Positions 1 through 9,576 of a DNA stretch of 64,000 bases are shown here, in pieces. How positions within the stretch are numbered: the stretch's first letter is position 1; every line of letters begins with the position of its first letter. The stretch is from positions 29,068 through 93,067 of IMG/VR virus record IMGVR_UViG_3300010935_000101; one strand, 5' to 3'. The notes under the pieces were generated by a model. The model was not told the origin of the DNA. It did not search any database and saw nothing but the letters and a program-made list of their open reading frames with translations. The stretch is from a virus. The position numbers and the translations under genes were made by a program.

Positions 1-49
1 TAAGCAGGTTTATTTAATTGAACCTTTTGTAAACTTATAAGGAGTCACT

Positions 50-517
50 ATGGGATGTGATATACACACCAATATTGAATATAGAAAACCAGTAAACTCA
101 AAGCCAGTCTGGACAGATGGAAATGAGTATGGGCCAAACGAGGATTTTGGGGCGTACCCTGAAGCTTCAGAATTTATGCAAATTAATGAAATATGTGGTA
201 ACAGAGATTACCAACTATTCGCAGTATTGGCAAATGTTCGTAACTACTATGAGGATCAGATTACACCTTTATCTCAACCAAGAGGAATACCCACCGATTC
301 ATGTGAAGCTATTAAAGCGAAACATGAATGTTGGGATTGTGATGCACATTCAACAAGTTATTACACTTTAGCAGAACTTGTACAAGCACTACCGAATTAC
401 CCCATACTTCAAGAACTTGTGGATGCACTACTGGAACGGTACAAAGTACTATTACCTCAAGACGCTCCACTGATAACATATAATGATTTACGATTTGTTT
501 TTTGGTTCGATAATTAA
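50..517 (+). CDS. Hypothetical phage protein
   Basis: 155-aa ORF with AAGGAG RBS; no function recognised. Confidence 0.75.
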   Translation: MGCDIHTNIEYRKPVNSKPVWTDGNEYGPNEDFGAYPEASEFMQINEICGNRDYQLFAVLANVRNYYEDQITPLSQPRGIPTDSCEAIKAKHECWDCDAHSTSYYTLAELVQALPNYPILQELVDALLERYKVLLPQDAPLITYNDLRFVFWFDN

Positions 518-569
518 CCTAACTATCAGCTAATTTATAGTATAATAATACCCTAATTGGAGGCTTTTA

Positions 570-800
570 ATGACTACTCTCGAAGAGATGGAACAGTATA
601 TTAATGTTGAGGTTCATTCACGATGCGATTATGACATATACTCAACTTTATTGGATTTTATACACCAACAACAGGACCTACTTTGTGATAACTGTCAATT
701 TGACCACTGCGGATGTTCGGTGCAAAACAGCATATTACAAGTTAATTCAGAGGCAACTTTTACTACTTTTGGGTGTAATAGTTTTGAGTCATGCAAGTAA
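570..800 (+). CDS. Small Cys-containing hypothetical protein
   Basis: GGAGG RBS and upstream TATAAT; CDNCQFDHCGC motif. Confidence 0.65.
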   Translation: MTTLEEMEQYINVEVHSRCDYDIYSTLLDFIHQQQDLLCDNCQFDHCGCSVQNSILQVNSEATFTTFGCNSFESCK

Positions 801-1576
801 CTTTATCAATCCGACCACTTCCAGGCTTCACCAAGTCCGAACGGGAGGATATCAAGTTCTACACTAAATTTATCAAGTGCAATTTTATAGCTTTAGCTGA
901 CCTTTTAACCAAGGACTATATGTACTCCCCATTTCCGTATCTCGGAATGGAACAAGGGTTACATAACATTTGCGGAGAAGCTCAATTTATTATCCTTGAT
1001 GTGGACTATACATCTATTAATATTCACCAACGACTAATTCAGCTTGCTGATGAGGGACTTGAATGTATTTTAGGAACAACAAGTGACACCACGAATCTAT
1101 CTAAGTATAGAGTACTTTTACCACTTGATCGCACAGTAAACTATAAGGAATACCGTCGATTGGTAGCTGGAGTACGTGAACTCGGGTTGGTACATGATTT
1201 GGACCGAGCATCGGAGAAACCTTCTCAGAAGTTTTACTCTTATGCAGGGTCATTGGTGCTTACCAACAAGGGGTCACCATTAATTGTGGATGATTACATA
1301 ATAGATGAGCCGGAAATTGTTGAATGTGACTTAACTTGTTCGTACGATTTGCATGAGTTACTCACAGAGTTCAGTACTTACTCAACTGCTCCACCAGGTG
1401 ATCGCACAAGATATTTATTATCAGCTGCTTTCAAACTGGTCGAGCGTGGAGCTGACAATAAACTATTGGAAGAGGTTATTTTACATTTAAATAACTCATT
1501 CTTAATCCCGAAGGATACTAATTCTGTTTATCGCAGAGTTATTAACTTTATTAAGCAACGAAGGAAGTATTTATGA
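791..1576 (+). CDS. Primase-like protein (AEP/prim-pol type with C-terminal helical domain)
   Basis: ILDVD, GTTS and KYRVLLPLDR motifs resemble prim-pol catalytic motifs. Confidence 0.55.
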   Translation: MQVTLSIRPLPGFTKSEREDIKFYTKFIKCNFIALADLLTKDYMYSPFPYLGMEQGLHNICGEAQFIILDVDYTSINIHQRLIQLADEGLECILGTTSDTTNLSKYRVLLPLDRTVNYKEYRRLVAGVRELGLVHDLDRASEKPSQKFYSYAGSLVLTNKGSPLIVDDYIIDEPEIVECDLTCSYDLHELLTEFSTYSTAPPGDRTRYLLSAAFKLVERGADNKLLEEVILHLNNSFLIPKDTNSVYRRVINFIKQRRKYL

Positions 1577-2070
1577 AACAATACATAGGAACTAAGGTTA
1601 TTAACGCAAAGCCAATGACTAAAGGAGCCTACAATTTCTTAAGAGGATGGAAACAGCCAGATAACGAACATTCTGTAGAAAAAGGTTACTTAGTAGAATA
1701 TCTAGATAGTGGAAAACCTTGTCATCCTGATTTTGACAATTATATCTCTTGGTCACCAAAAAATGTATTTGAAGAAGCTTACAAGCAATCTGGAGAGATA
1801 AGTTTTGGTGATGCAATTACTTATCTGAAACTCGGTAACAAGGTAGCTCGTAAAGGCTGGAATGGTAAAGGCATGTATTTATCATATAAGCCAGGGTACC
1901 CTGAAGGAGTGCCCATAAATGCAGTATATGCAAAAGTACACAATTGTAAAATTGGAGATATCATTAAGTATATGCCATATATTGAGATGAAAACAGCTAA
2001 CAATTGCTTTATTCCCTGGTTAGCTTCACATAGTGACATGCTCGCAAATGATTGGGAAATTATTAAATAA
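1573..2070 (+). CDS. DUF2829 (Tad2-family) protein with additional N-terminal domain
   Basis: C-terminal FGDAI..LKLGNKVARKGWNGKGM...YIEMKTA...PWLASHSDMLANDW matches the DUF2829 pattern. Confidence 0.75.
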   Translation: MKQYIGTKVINAKPMTKGAYNFLRGWKQPDNEHSVEKGYLVEYLDSGKPCHPDFDNYISWSPKNVFEEAYKQSGEISFGDAITYLKLGNKVARKGWNGKGMYLSYKPGYPEGVPINAVYAKVHNCKIGDIIKYMPYIEMKTANNCFIPWLASHSDMLANDWEIIK

Positions 2071-2083
2071 CAAGGAGTCTTAA

Positions 2084-2815
2084 ATGACATTAGAAGGTAT
2101 CAAACTAGTAGACCGTAAACGACTTTGTAGTCACTACCCGGTTTTACTAGCATCGGAAACAGGTTCTGGCAAATCATTTGCCTTTTCACAATTATCACTA
2201 GCTGATAAAAAGCGTACATACATACTCAACTTTGATGGCAAGTCAATCTCGGATGATGATTCTGAGTTCTTGAAAGTATTCCATGACTTTGATGTCAAGG
2301 ATATTGACATGGTCGATAAAATTGAACAGCAAATCATAACAGTTTTAGCTGATGATAGAGTTGACAGACTACTTCTTGACACATTCACTCTGATGACTAA
2401 ATTATTCAACAGATGGGCAGCTCAGCATTTTACTGGATTTGATATCTGGAATGGATATAATAATGCCATTACACAGATTCTTGAGTGTGTTAAATCTGCA
2501 ACATTAACTTATGGCAAATTTACTTATGTGGCAGCCCATTACCCACCAAGACTTGGGATGGCACCAAACTCTAAACGCTATGTAACAACAAAGGGCAAAG
2601 AGCACACAAATGTCATTGAAGAATCATTCAGTACTGTTGTAGAAACAGTTATGGAAGACCACGCATTCAAGTATTCTTGTGATGTATTTGATGAATCTAA
2701 CACCACTAAAACTAAGCTAGTCGAGGGAGCATTCAAATTTGTAAGAAAATCAACAGATGATCTTGAACAAGTCTTAACTAGAACTAAAAAAGTGGTTGAT
2801 GAGCAGTTGGTATAA
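2084..2815 (+). CDS. P-loop AAA ATPase (AAA_24/Sak4-like)
   Basis: Walker A ETGSGKS, Walker B LLLDTFT. Confidence 0.7.
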   Translation: MTLEGIKLVDRKRLCSHYPVLLASETGSGKSFAFSQLSLADKKRTYILNFDGKSISDDDSEFLKVFHDFDVKDIDMVDKIEQQIITVLADDRVDRLLLDTFTLMTKLFNRWAAQHFTGFDIWNGYNNAITQILECVKSATLTYGKFTYVAAHYPPRLGMAPNSKRYVTTKGKEHTNVIEESFSTVVETVMEDHAFKYSCDVFDESNTTKTKLVEGAFKFVRKSTDDLEQVLTRTKKVVDEQLV

Positions 2816-2817
2816 TC

Positions 2818-3024
2818 ATGGATACTTATGACATACAAATAGTAGAGCATGTCAATTATGTAGCTAATATTGAAGCAGAATCTCAGGAGGCTGCTGAACA
2901 ATTAGCTATTAAGGACATTAACAATCCAGCATTTGATTGGGTTCGTATGACAGGCGGAAGTCCTTGTGAAGTTTGCCTTGAAGACGGGGATTACGAATCA
3001 ACTGACAATTTAAAGGCCGATTAA
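2818..3024 (+). CDS. Hypothetical protein
   Basis: 68-aa ORF tightly packed in operon. Confidence 0.6.
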   Translation: MDTYDIQIVEHVNYVANIEAESQEAAEQLAIKDINNPAFDWVRMTGGSPCEVCLEDGDYESTDNLKAD

Positions 3025-3254
3025 TGAACTCACTAACCAACAAGCAAATTAGGGAACTAATGACTGAGTTCTCACCATCTCCTGGTTTTGTTCTCAAACT
3101 AACTAGAGCAGAATTTGAAGAATTAGTTGAGGATGCAACAGATATTGATATATCAGAGCGTCCTGAATCCAATGGCAAACGTCTTAAGTTCATATTGAAG
3201 GAAGCTTTTGATGAACAAGTAAATGCCTTAATTACAGCTCTTAGGGCTGTTTGA
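3024..3254 (+). CDS. Small protein resembling the N-terminal domain of Abi-type defence proteins
   Basis: GFVLKLTRAEFEELV..ATDIDI..SNGKRLKFIL pattern; TAATG overlap. Confidence 0.45.
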   Translation: MNSLTNKQIRELMTEFSPSPGFVLKLTRAEFEELVEDATDIDISERPESNGKRLKFILKEAFDEQVNALITALRAV

Positions 3255-3331
3255 CCGCCTGTCAATAACTGTAGCAACTTTTAGTATAGGTGCAGCTTCG
3301 GCTGGAATCAATTAATAACAAAGGAGTAATA

Positions 3332-4087
3332 ATGTCAATTATTATGAACGCAATTAACAACATGTCTGAAAAAGACAGAGAAAAACTAGGTAAAGTTGGT
3401 ACTAAAATCAACTTAGATGGAGAACATGCATTGACAATCGTTGAAGCATACGAAATAGACAATCAGAGATTCTATCTTAAATGTGAAGATTCTGAAGGCA
3501 AAACTGTGGATTGGACTGGCTTTCTTAAGCAGAAAGTTGGCAAAGACAAAGATGGTGTCGTCAGAGCTGGGGAATACTCAGTGAATGGAGTGAAAACTCA
3601 ACTTGATACTGAAGGTGCAGAATACGATAACCTTAGAGTTATTGGACAAATCAACAACCTTTGGAAGATTGCAGGACTTGATGCAGCACAATTTGGCGCA
3701 GGAATCACTCCTGGTACAGTAACATTTGCCAAAGCAGGCACTAAACAAATTGAAAGATGGACTGCATTTATTGGTAAAACATTTACGGGTATAACATCAT
3801 TTCTTGTAACTCTTGATGCTGACGGAAAGAAAGCTTGGAGAAACCAAGAATTGAATATGGATGCATTGTTCACTGCAGCCAGACTATCTCAACCAGAGAT
3901 TGATGGTGGCAAAACTGAACCAGTTGCTATTGACGCAGCAGTTGTAGCAGCAAAAGCTAACGCAACTATTGAGTATAAAAACAGAACTAACAAAATCTGT
4001 ATCCAGGAATTACAGCTTATCAAGGGTGCTGGAAAAGTACCTAAAATGGAAGATGCAACTAAAACTGTTGACGCAGGCATATTCTAG
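3332..4087 (+). CDS. Putative single-stranded DNA-binding protein
   Basis: Start moved to ATG 3332 (AAGGAG RBS); beta-rich, near AAA ATPase as in N4-like phages; function is inference. Confidence 0.4.
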   Translation: MSIIMNAINNMSEKDREKLGKVGTKINLDGEHALTIVEAYEIDNQRFYLKCEDSEGKTVDWTGFLKQKVGKDKDGVVRAGEYSVNGVKTQLDTEGAEYDNLRVIGQINNLWKIAGLDAAQFGAGITPGTVTFAKAGTKQIERWTAFIGKTFTGITSFLVTLDADGKKAWRNQELNMDALFTAARLSQPEIDGGKTEPVAIDAAVVAAKANATIEYKNRTNKICIQELQLIKGAGKVPKMEDATKTVDAGIF

Positions 4088-4296
4088 TGGTGCAACCAGA
4101 GATCCTAAACAAGTACCAAGACATTCTTGAGGGAACTCTTGGTGCTATTGCAGCGCATTCTATATGCACTAGCAAGGCTTCTAGCAAAGTAATCAGAGAC
4201 TGTTCTAAACAACTGGACAACATGTCAGTTGAACTTAGAAAGACTTTACTTGAGCTGGATAAAACTATAGTGGTCCAGCATGACCAAACAAATTAA
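4087..4296 (+). CDS. Hypothetical protein
   Basis: GTG start overlapping upstream stop. Confidence 0.5.
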   Translation: MVQPEILNKYQDILEGTLGAIAAHSICTSKASSKVIRDCSKQLDNMSVELRKTLLELDKTIVVQHDQTN

Positions 4297-4705
4297 ACAC
4301 ATAAGGAAAGCACAACAAATGGAATTAATTAAATCACAAATTCAATTATCTCTCACTAAAACTGAACTAAACCAGCTTATTATGGAAGCATTAGCTGATC
4401 CAGAATCATCTGCAGCTATTAAGAAAGTTCTTAATCCACTTCTAGCAGGGCAATTCTCACAATTTCCTGACTTTACCAATATTATGATTGGTGATACAGA
4501 TGAAGTTTCTGGAGCAACTTTGGTTACTCTTAAACAACCAGCAACACCAAGAACTGTAGCTACCAAAGTAGCTGAAGCAGTCGAGAAACCAGTAATGGAT
4601 CCAGACGAAATGAGGAATGTAGAAGAAGCACTAGTGCCAGAGACTAAACCTGACTATGATGTACCTATAACATCTGGTACAGCGTACATTGATCCAATCT
4701 CTTAA
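4280..4705 (+). CDS. Hypothetical protein
   Basis: 141-aa ORF followed by terminator. Confidence 0.65.
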   Translation: MTKQIKHIRKAQQMELIKSQIQLSLTKTELNQLIMEALADPESSAAIKKVLNPLLAGQFSQFPDFTNIMIGDTDEVSGATLVTLKQPATPRTVATKVAEAVEKPVMDPDEMRNVEEALVPETKPDYDVPITSGTAYIDPIS

Positions 4706-4710
4706 TCTGT

Positions 4711-4737
4711 GAACACTCTTTCGGGAGTGTTCCTTTT
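4711..4737 (+). terminator. Intrinsic terminator
   Basis: GAACACTC-TTTCGG-GAGTGTTC then CTTTT, just after a stop codon. Confidence 0.75.
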
Positions 4738-5047
4738 AACTCAGCAATGAGCGTATTTATGAAAGTCAGATTCTATTGAATGACTACATAATGTAGTGGA
4801 AATTTACAATACGTTCTTTGGTGAGTTAATTACCACCAAGTCTAACTACAATTAAATAGACATAAAACTTTTAATGGGAAGCGCCAGTTATATAACGCAG
4901 TCTATTACTCAAGGAACACTATCTTGGGTATTACGTGCCGGCATCGTGAAGGACTTTAACCGAATGTCACCCCAATTATTTTTAGTGTTTACTTCAACCT
5001 TGTTTTCATGTTCAAGGTTGTATTAAACACTTATTAAGGAACACCAA

Positions 5048-5353
5048 ATGCAAGTTAATACTGTATCACGAATTGAGGTTATTTATCCCTGTGGCAGTTC
5101 GTTTACTGTGCGCTCATTATAACATCCTATGTACATGCCTATGATAAGTGATAAACATCCAATAGCATTTATCTGGCACGATTCATATCTCTGCCCAGCA
5201 ACACCAAAGCTAGTCAAGTGGATTGACAATGAGTTCAAGCCAATTTTTGATTATGACCCGCTTATGTGGTTAGCAAGTGTAGGCACTTGTTCACCAGAAT
5301 TACGACCTTATTTAAAGGATTTTTATGGAACACCAAGAGTTAGTACCTGTTAA
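5048..5353 (+). pseudogene. Gene interrupted by in-frame TAA (5120-5122); paralogue of 5325-5627
   Basis: AAGGA RBS and ATG at 5048 are in frame with the 5129 ORF; both halves align with the downstream gene. Confidence 0.6.
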
Positions 5354-5627
5354 TATTTTTCAATATATAATTCTTAGTTGGGACGACGGCTACACAGAAA
5401 CTATAAGACCTCTACTATCATGCAGAGGAATTACACATAAACAGAAACGTCCTGTTGGATTCAAGTGGGTTGACTCTCATTTAGTTACAGTAACACCAGA
5501 ACTTATTAAGTGGATTAAAACAGAATTTTTATATATTTTTAGACACGACGCTTTCCTTTGGGAAGTAAGCAAACACACCGCACCAAAGGAACTTCAATGT
5601 CATTTAACTGGTCTAACCAACAACTAG
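5325..5627 (+). CDS. Hypothetical protein, tandem paralogue
   Basis: RPVGFKWVDSHL..TPELIKWI vs HPIAFIWHDSYL..TPKLVKWI. Confidence 0.7.
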   Translation: MEHQELVPVNIFQYIILSWDDGYTETIRPLLSCRGITHKQKRPVGFKWVDSHLVTVTPELIKWIKTEFLYIFRHDAFLWEVSKHTAPKELQCHLTGLTNN

Positions 5628-7066
5628 AGATATTCACAGAAATTAATGAACCTACTAAGCCTGTACTTAAGGTTAAGGCAACTGCAGGTGCTGCTAAATC
5701 TAGCTCACTTGTGGAAGGTATTGCTCGTTACAAACACCATAACCCAACAGCAAAAGTACGCTACATTGTGTTTGGTAACTTGGCATCAAAAGAAGCCAGA
5801 GCTGAATTTGGAACAACTGCTATAGTATCAACTTTACACGCTTATGCTTACTCACAAGTAGTTAGGCAGTATGGACTTGGTGAGGTTAAACCATTTATAA
5901 CTTGGAAAGATATTCCTAAAACTGTTCGTAGACCATTTGGAAAAGATTTTGATCTAGCAAAATTAGTTGACGACTATTGTCAATCATCATTCCTCAGTAT
6001 GGACTCTTATGTGGACTCTGTTGACGAGGACTCATTTCAATTTAATCTAATTCCAGCAGCAAAGCAAATACTTAACTTAATGGCAACTGGAAAAATGCCA
6101 GTAACCCATTCATTTTATCTCAAGCTTTACCATATATTAGTAATGCGTGGTAGCGAAACTCCTGATGCAGTTGATCGACTATTGATTGATGAAGCACAGG
6201 ATATGTCAGCAATGGCATTGGATATAATTGAACGAATCCCAGCTAAACAACTAGTACTTGTTGGTGATCCTAACCAACGTATTTTTAGCTTTATGAACCT
6301 AATTGATGGATTCACACGATTTCCTGATGCCCAAACTTTAGAGCTATCCCAGTCATTCCGAGTGGACCACAAGTACGCACCAGCTATTCAACATTTTTTA
6401 CATAAACATTTGGATTCAACAGCAATCTTCGAGGGCATGGTATACCCTGATGATGTGGTATCAAAAACCAAAGCTTATTTAACTCGTACTAATGCATCAC
6501 TTATTTCAAAGATGATTAAACTGAACAAATCCGCTACACCTTATCACTTGAGTCATAGCGCAAAAATTAAACAAATGTTTAAAATACCACTAGCAGTGAT
6601 ATACGCTAAACCAGGATTTATGCAAAGAGACCCTGATTTAAAAGCATTTCAAGAACTAGTCGATGAATGGGGTAAACAACCAATACATAAACAGGAAACT
6701 GGAATGTACAGTTACCTTATGAATCATACGAATGTAGACCCAGCAACTGTTGCTGCTATTAAACTTATGATGAACTTTTCTAAAGAGGATATCATTGAAG
6801 CTTATGAACAAGCAGAAGCCCACAAAAATGTTGCCTGTAACTTGCAATTAATGACCGCACACACCAGTAAGGGTGTTACTAGGGACATAATTGAGCTTGA
6901 CCCAGATATGGACAAAGCCCTAAGTGAGGCACTATCCCCGAAGTTCAAAGGTTCTGAGGATGATCGCAGATCTGAACTATGTCTTTATTTTGTGAGTTGT
7001 ACAAGGCATAGGCATCAATTAACTGGTGCAGGACACTTAGAAAAAATTATGAAGGAATTATTATGA
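5597..7066 (+). CDS. UvrD/Rep-like SF1 DNA helicase
   Basis: ATAGAAKS Walker A, LLIDEAQD, LVGDPNQRI, LSQSFR, TAHTSKG motifs; start at ATG 5597 by RBS. Confidence 0.85.
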   Translation: MSFNWSNQQLEIFTEINEPTKPVLKVKATAGAAKSSSLVEGIARYKHHNPTAKVRYIVFGNLASKEARAEFGTTAIVSTLHAYAYSQVVRQYGLGEVKPFITWKDIPKTVRRPFGKDFDLAKLVDDYCQSSFLSMDSYVDSVDEDSFQFNLIPAAKQILNLMATGKMPVTHSFYLKLYHILVMRGSETPDAVDRLLIDEAQDMSAMALDIIERIPAKQLVLVGDPNQRIFSFMNLIDGFTRFPDAQTLELSQSFRVDHKYAPAIQHFLHKHLDSTAIFEGMVYPDDVVSKTKAYLTRTNASLISKMIKLNKSATPYHLSHSAKIKQMFKIPLAVIYAKPGFMQRDPDLKAFQELVDEWGKQPIHKQETGMYSYLMNHTNVDPATVAAIKLMMNFSKEDIIEAYEQAEAHKNVACNLQLMTAHTSKGVTRDIIELDPDMDKALSEALSPKFKGSEDDRRSELCLYFVSCTRHRHQLTGAGHLEKIMKELL

Positions 7067-8190
7067 CATTACCACTATTATACAAGAAAGCCAAGACTGG
7101 CAAAATTACTCAGTGTTTAATTTACACTGAAGGAGCAACTGTAATTACAGAAACTGGGTATATAGATGGAGTGCAAACTAAGCACACTTATGATGCATTA
7201 CCAAAGAACCCTGGACGCAGCAATGCCACTACAGCTGAACAACAAGCAATTGTTGAAGCCCAAGCAAAGCATGTGAAGAACCTCAAGTCTAAGTATGTAA
7301 CTGATCCATCTGGAGAAACTACTCAGCGTTTACCACGCAAAGTAGGAACTTACCAGGACTTATTTGTATCCGACAAGACTATGGAGAAGTTGAACACAAC
7401 TTTCTATGTGGAAAACAAGTACAACGGAGTCAATGGGACTTATCGCGGAACTAGTCTGGAACTAACTTCTCGTGGAGGTGAACAATTCCCATTAATTGAA
7501 CACCAAACATACAGCATTATTGATGTAATGGAACACTTTGGATTACCTTCAATTAATGTAGAGCAGTACATTCATGGCATGCATCTGCAGGACATTCAAT
7601 CAGCAGTTACCAAGACTAACTCTGATTCATCTAAACTTGTTGCAGTTATCTTTGCATTCCCAGACACCCCAGGTGACTATGAATCGCACATCGAACTGAA
7701 ACATCAAGTCAAGGACTACTGTGTTTTACAAGGATACCATCATATAGATGTTAGCCTGCCAGTCAAAGTCGAGGCATTACCAGATGGTTATAGGGATTTT
7801 GCTAGGGTGGATAAACTTCATGCCAATGCAATATTACTAGGGTATGAAGGTATCATTGTTGCTAATGGAAGTGATGTATATGAGTACAATGAACGCTCAT
7901 CAAACATTTGGAAGTACAAGATTGCAATGGACGCAGAATTCCTAATTGTTGGGTACGAACTTGACAAGAAAGGTAATCCAAAGCTTATTTGCTCCTCCAA
8001 TGGAGGAAACTTTACAGTACGACCAACCGGGGACCAAGCATCTCGCGATGTAATGAAGCTGGAACTAGACTCACTTATTGGGCAGTGGTACAAATGCCAA
8101 TTTGAATGCTACAGTAAGTTAGGAAAACCCACAAAGCCCGTAGGAATCGGTGTGCGTAAGTGTGATTTTAATGGCAAACCATTAATTTAA
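7063..8190 (+). CDS. ATP-dependent DNA ligase
   Basis: ENKYNG adenylation motif, YEGII, WKYK, C-terminal OB fold. Confidence 0.85.
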   Translation: MTLPLLYKKAKTGKITQCLIYTEGATVITETGYIDGVQTKHTYDALPKNPGRSNATTAEQQAIVEAQAKHVKNLKSKYVTDPSGETTQRLPRKVGTYQDLFVSDKTMEKLNTTFYVENKYNGVNGTYRGTSLELTSRGGEQFPLIEHQTYSIIDVMEHFGLPSINVEQYIHGMHLQDIQSAVTKTNSDSSKLVAVIFAFPDTPGDYESHIELKHQVKDYCVLQGYHHIDVSLPVKVEALPDGYRDFARVDKLHANAILLGYEGIIVANGSDVYEYNERSSNIWKYKIAMDAEFLIVGYELDKKGNPKLICSSNGGNFTVRPTGDQASRDVMKLELDSLIGQWYKCQFECYSKLGKPTKPVGIGVRKCDFNGKPLI

Positions 8191-8200
8191 GGAACTAATT

Positions 8201-8668
8201 ATGACAACTGAACAGATTAGCTCAATTATTACACAATTTGACATGGGGCAAAAATACTTTGTATGGCAAATGTCTGAATGCAATTCTGATATGGATGAGG
8301 GAGACAGGCTTAACCAATTCTATGAGAATCAACTTTTACCTCATCACATCATCTTTGAGGATGACGAAAAGGTATTAGCACTAATGGAGCACACTGGAGA
8401 CAACTGGGATGATTGTGAATCTGAAATTGACACCAAATACAATGTATACACAGATTCTGAAGCAGATGAATCAGTAGATAACCGACTCGAGGAATACTTG
8501 GATGACAACTTATTGTATGATATGGATAGTGCAATTGCACAATACTTTGACAGGGACTCTTGGAAATCGGATAACGCTAATGACAGAGGATTTTGGCTTA
8601 GTATTTCCGATAGTGAAGAATATGAAGAAATAATTAATAAAACAACTTATTATATCTATAAGATTTAA
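8201..8668 (+). CDS. Highly acidic hypothetical protein
   Basis: About 39 D/E vs 10 K/R in 155 aa by manual count. Confidence 0.75.
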   Translation: MTTEQISSIITQFDMGQKYFVWQMSECNSDMDEGDRLNQFYENQLLPHHIIFEDDEKVLALMEHTGDNWDDCESEIDTKYNVYTDSEADESVDNRLEEYLDDNLLYDMDSAIAQYFDRDSWKSDNANDRGFWLSISDSEEYEEIINKTTYYIYKI

Positions 8669-8740
8669 TTAGGTATAATTTCAATCTTCCACCAAACAAG
8701 TGGCTAAACTGAATCATTTAGTTTGTTTTAAATAATAGTT

Positions 8741-8749
8741 TGCTATAAT
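8741..8749 (+). promoter_or_regulatory. Extended -10 promoter TGCTATAAT
   Basis: Perfect TGnTATAAT upstream of endonuclease gene. Confidence 0.65.
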
Positions 8750-8751
8750 GT

Positions 8752-8831
8752 TTTTAGTACTTTAATCAAGCAGGTCTTCGTCCAGTTGCACCTGTTTAAT
8801 TAAGGTACTAAAAGTACAGAAGCAACTGGAC
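8752..8831 (+). ncRNA. Predicted H-type pseudoknot leader
   Basis: Stem 8752-8775/8790-8813; loop GTCCAGTTGC (8780-8789) complementary to GCAACTGGAC (8822-8831). Confidence 0.55.
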
Positions 8832-8874
8832 ATTCTTCTCAACTTCCTTAAATTTATTAGTCTGAAAGTGTAGT

Positions 8875-9576
8875 ATGCCAAAGAAAGTAACTAATATAGA
8901 TTTTGTTAAAAGGGCTATAAAAGTCCATAATAACACTTATTGTTATGAACAAGTGAATTATGTACATTCCCATAAAAAAGTTATAATTGTATGCCCAGGA
9001 CATGGAGAATTTTTACAAAGTCCTAACAATCACTTAAAAGGTAGAGGATGTCCTATTTGTGCAGAAAGTAAAGTACCTCAAAAATCTACCAAAGAAGAAT
9101 TTACTAAAAAGGCTTCTTTAGTGCATTCCAATAAGTATTCTTATGATAAAGTGAGTTATGACGGAAACAAAACTAAAGTGATAATTACATGCCCAACTTG
9201 TGGAGATTTTAAACAAAGGCCCGATCATCATTTAATTGGTAAAGGGTGCCCAAGTTGTGCTAAGTATGGATTTAATCCAAGTAAACCCGCAGTACTCTAT
9301 TATTTATCAATAAATAATGGACAAGCTTATAAGATAGGAATTACAAATAATACAGTAAAAAGAAGATTTGATAATGAGTCAGCTGATATTAGGATAATAA
9401 AACAATGGAAGTACCTTTTAGGAAAGCATGCTTATGAAAAAGAGCAAGAACTTTTGAAAAAGTACAGTGAGTTTAGGTATAGTGGGGACCCTCTACTAGA
9501 AAATGGCAATACAGAGTTATTTAATGAAGATGTGTTGCATTTAAATATTTTTATAAAGGATATAAATTATGACTAG
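8875..9576 (+). mobile_element. Free-standing homing endonuclease (DUF723-like Zn repeats + GIY-YIG-like domain)
   Basis: Two repeats IxCPxxGxFxQxPxxHLxGxGCPxC; LYYL...YKIGIT; terminal GNTELF. Confidence 0.8.

Noticed and set aside
4920-4976. tRNA or tmRNA ending in CCA
   Set aside because: No TTCRA T-loop or cloverleaf; I saw no tRNA gene anywhere in the window
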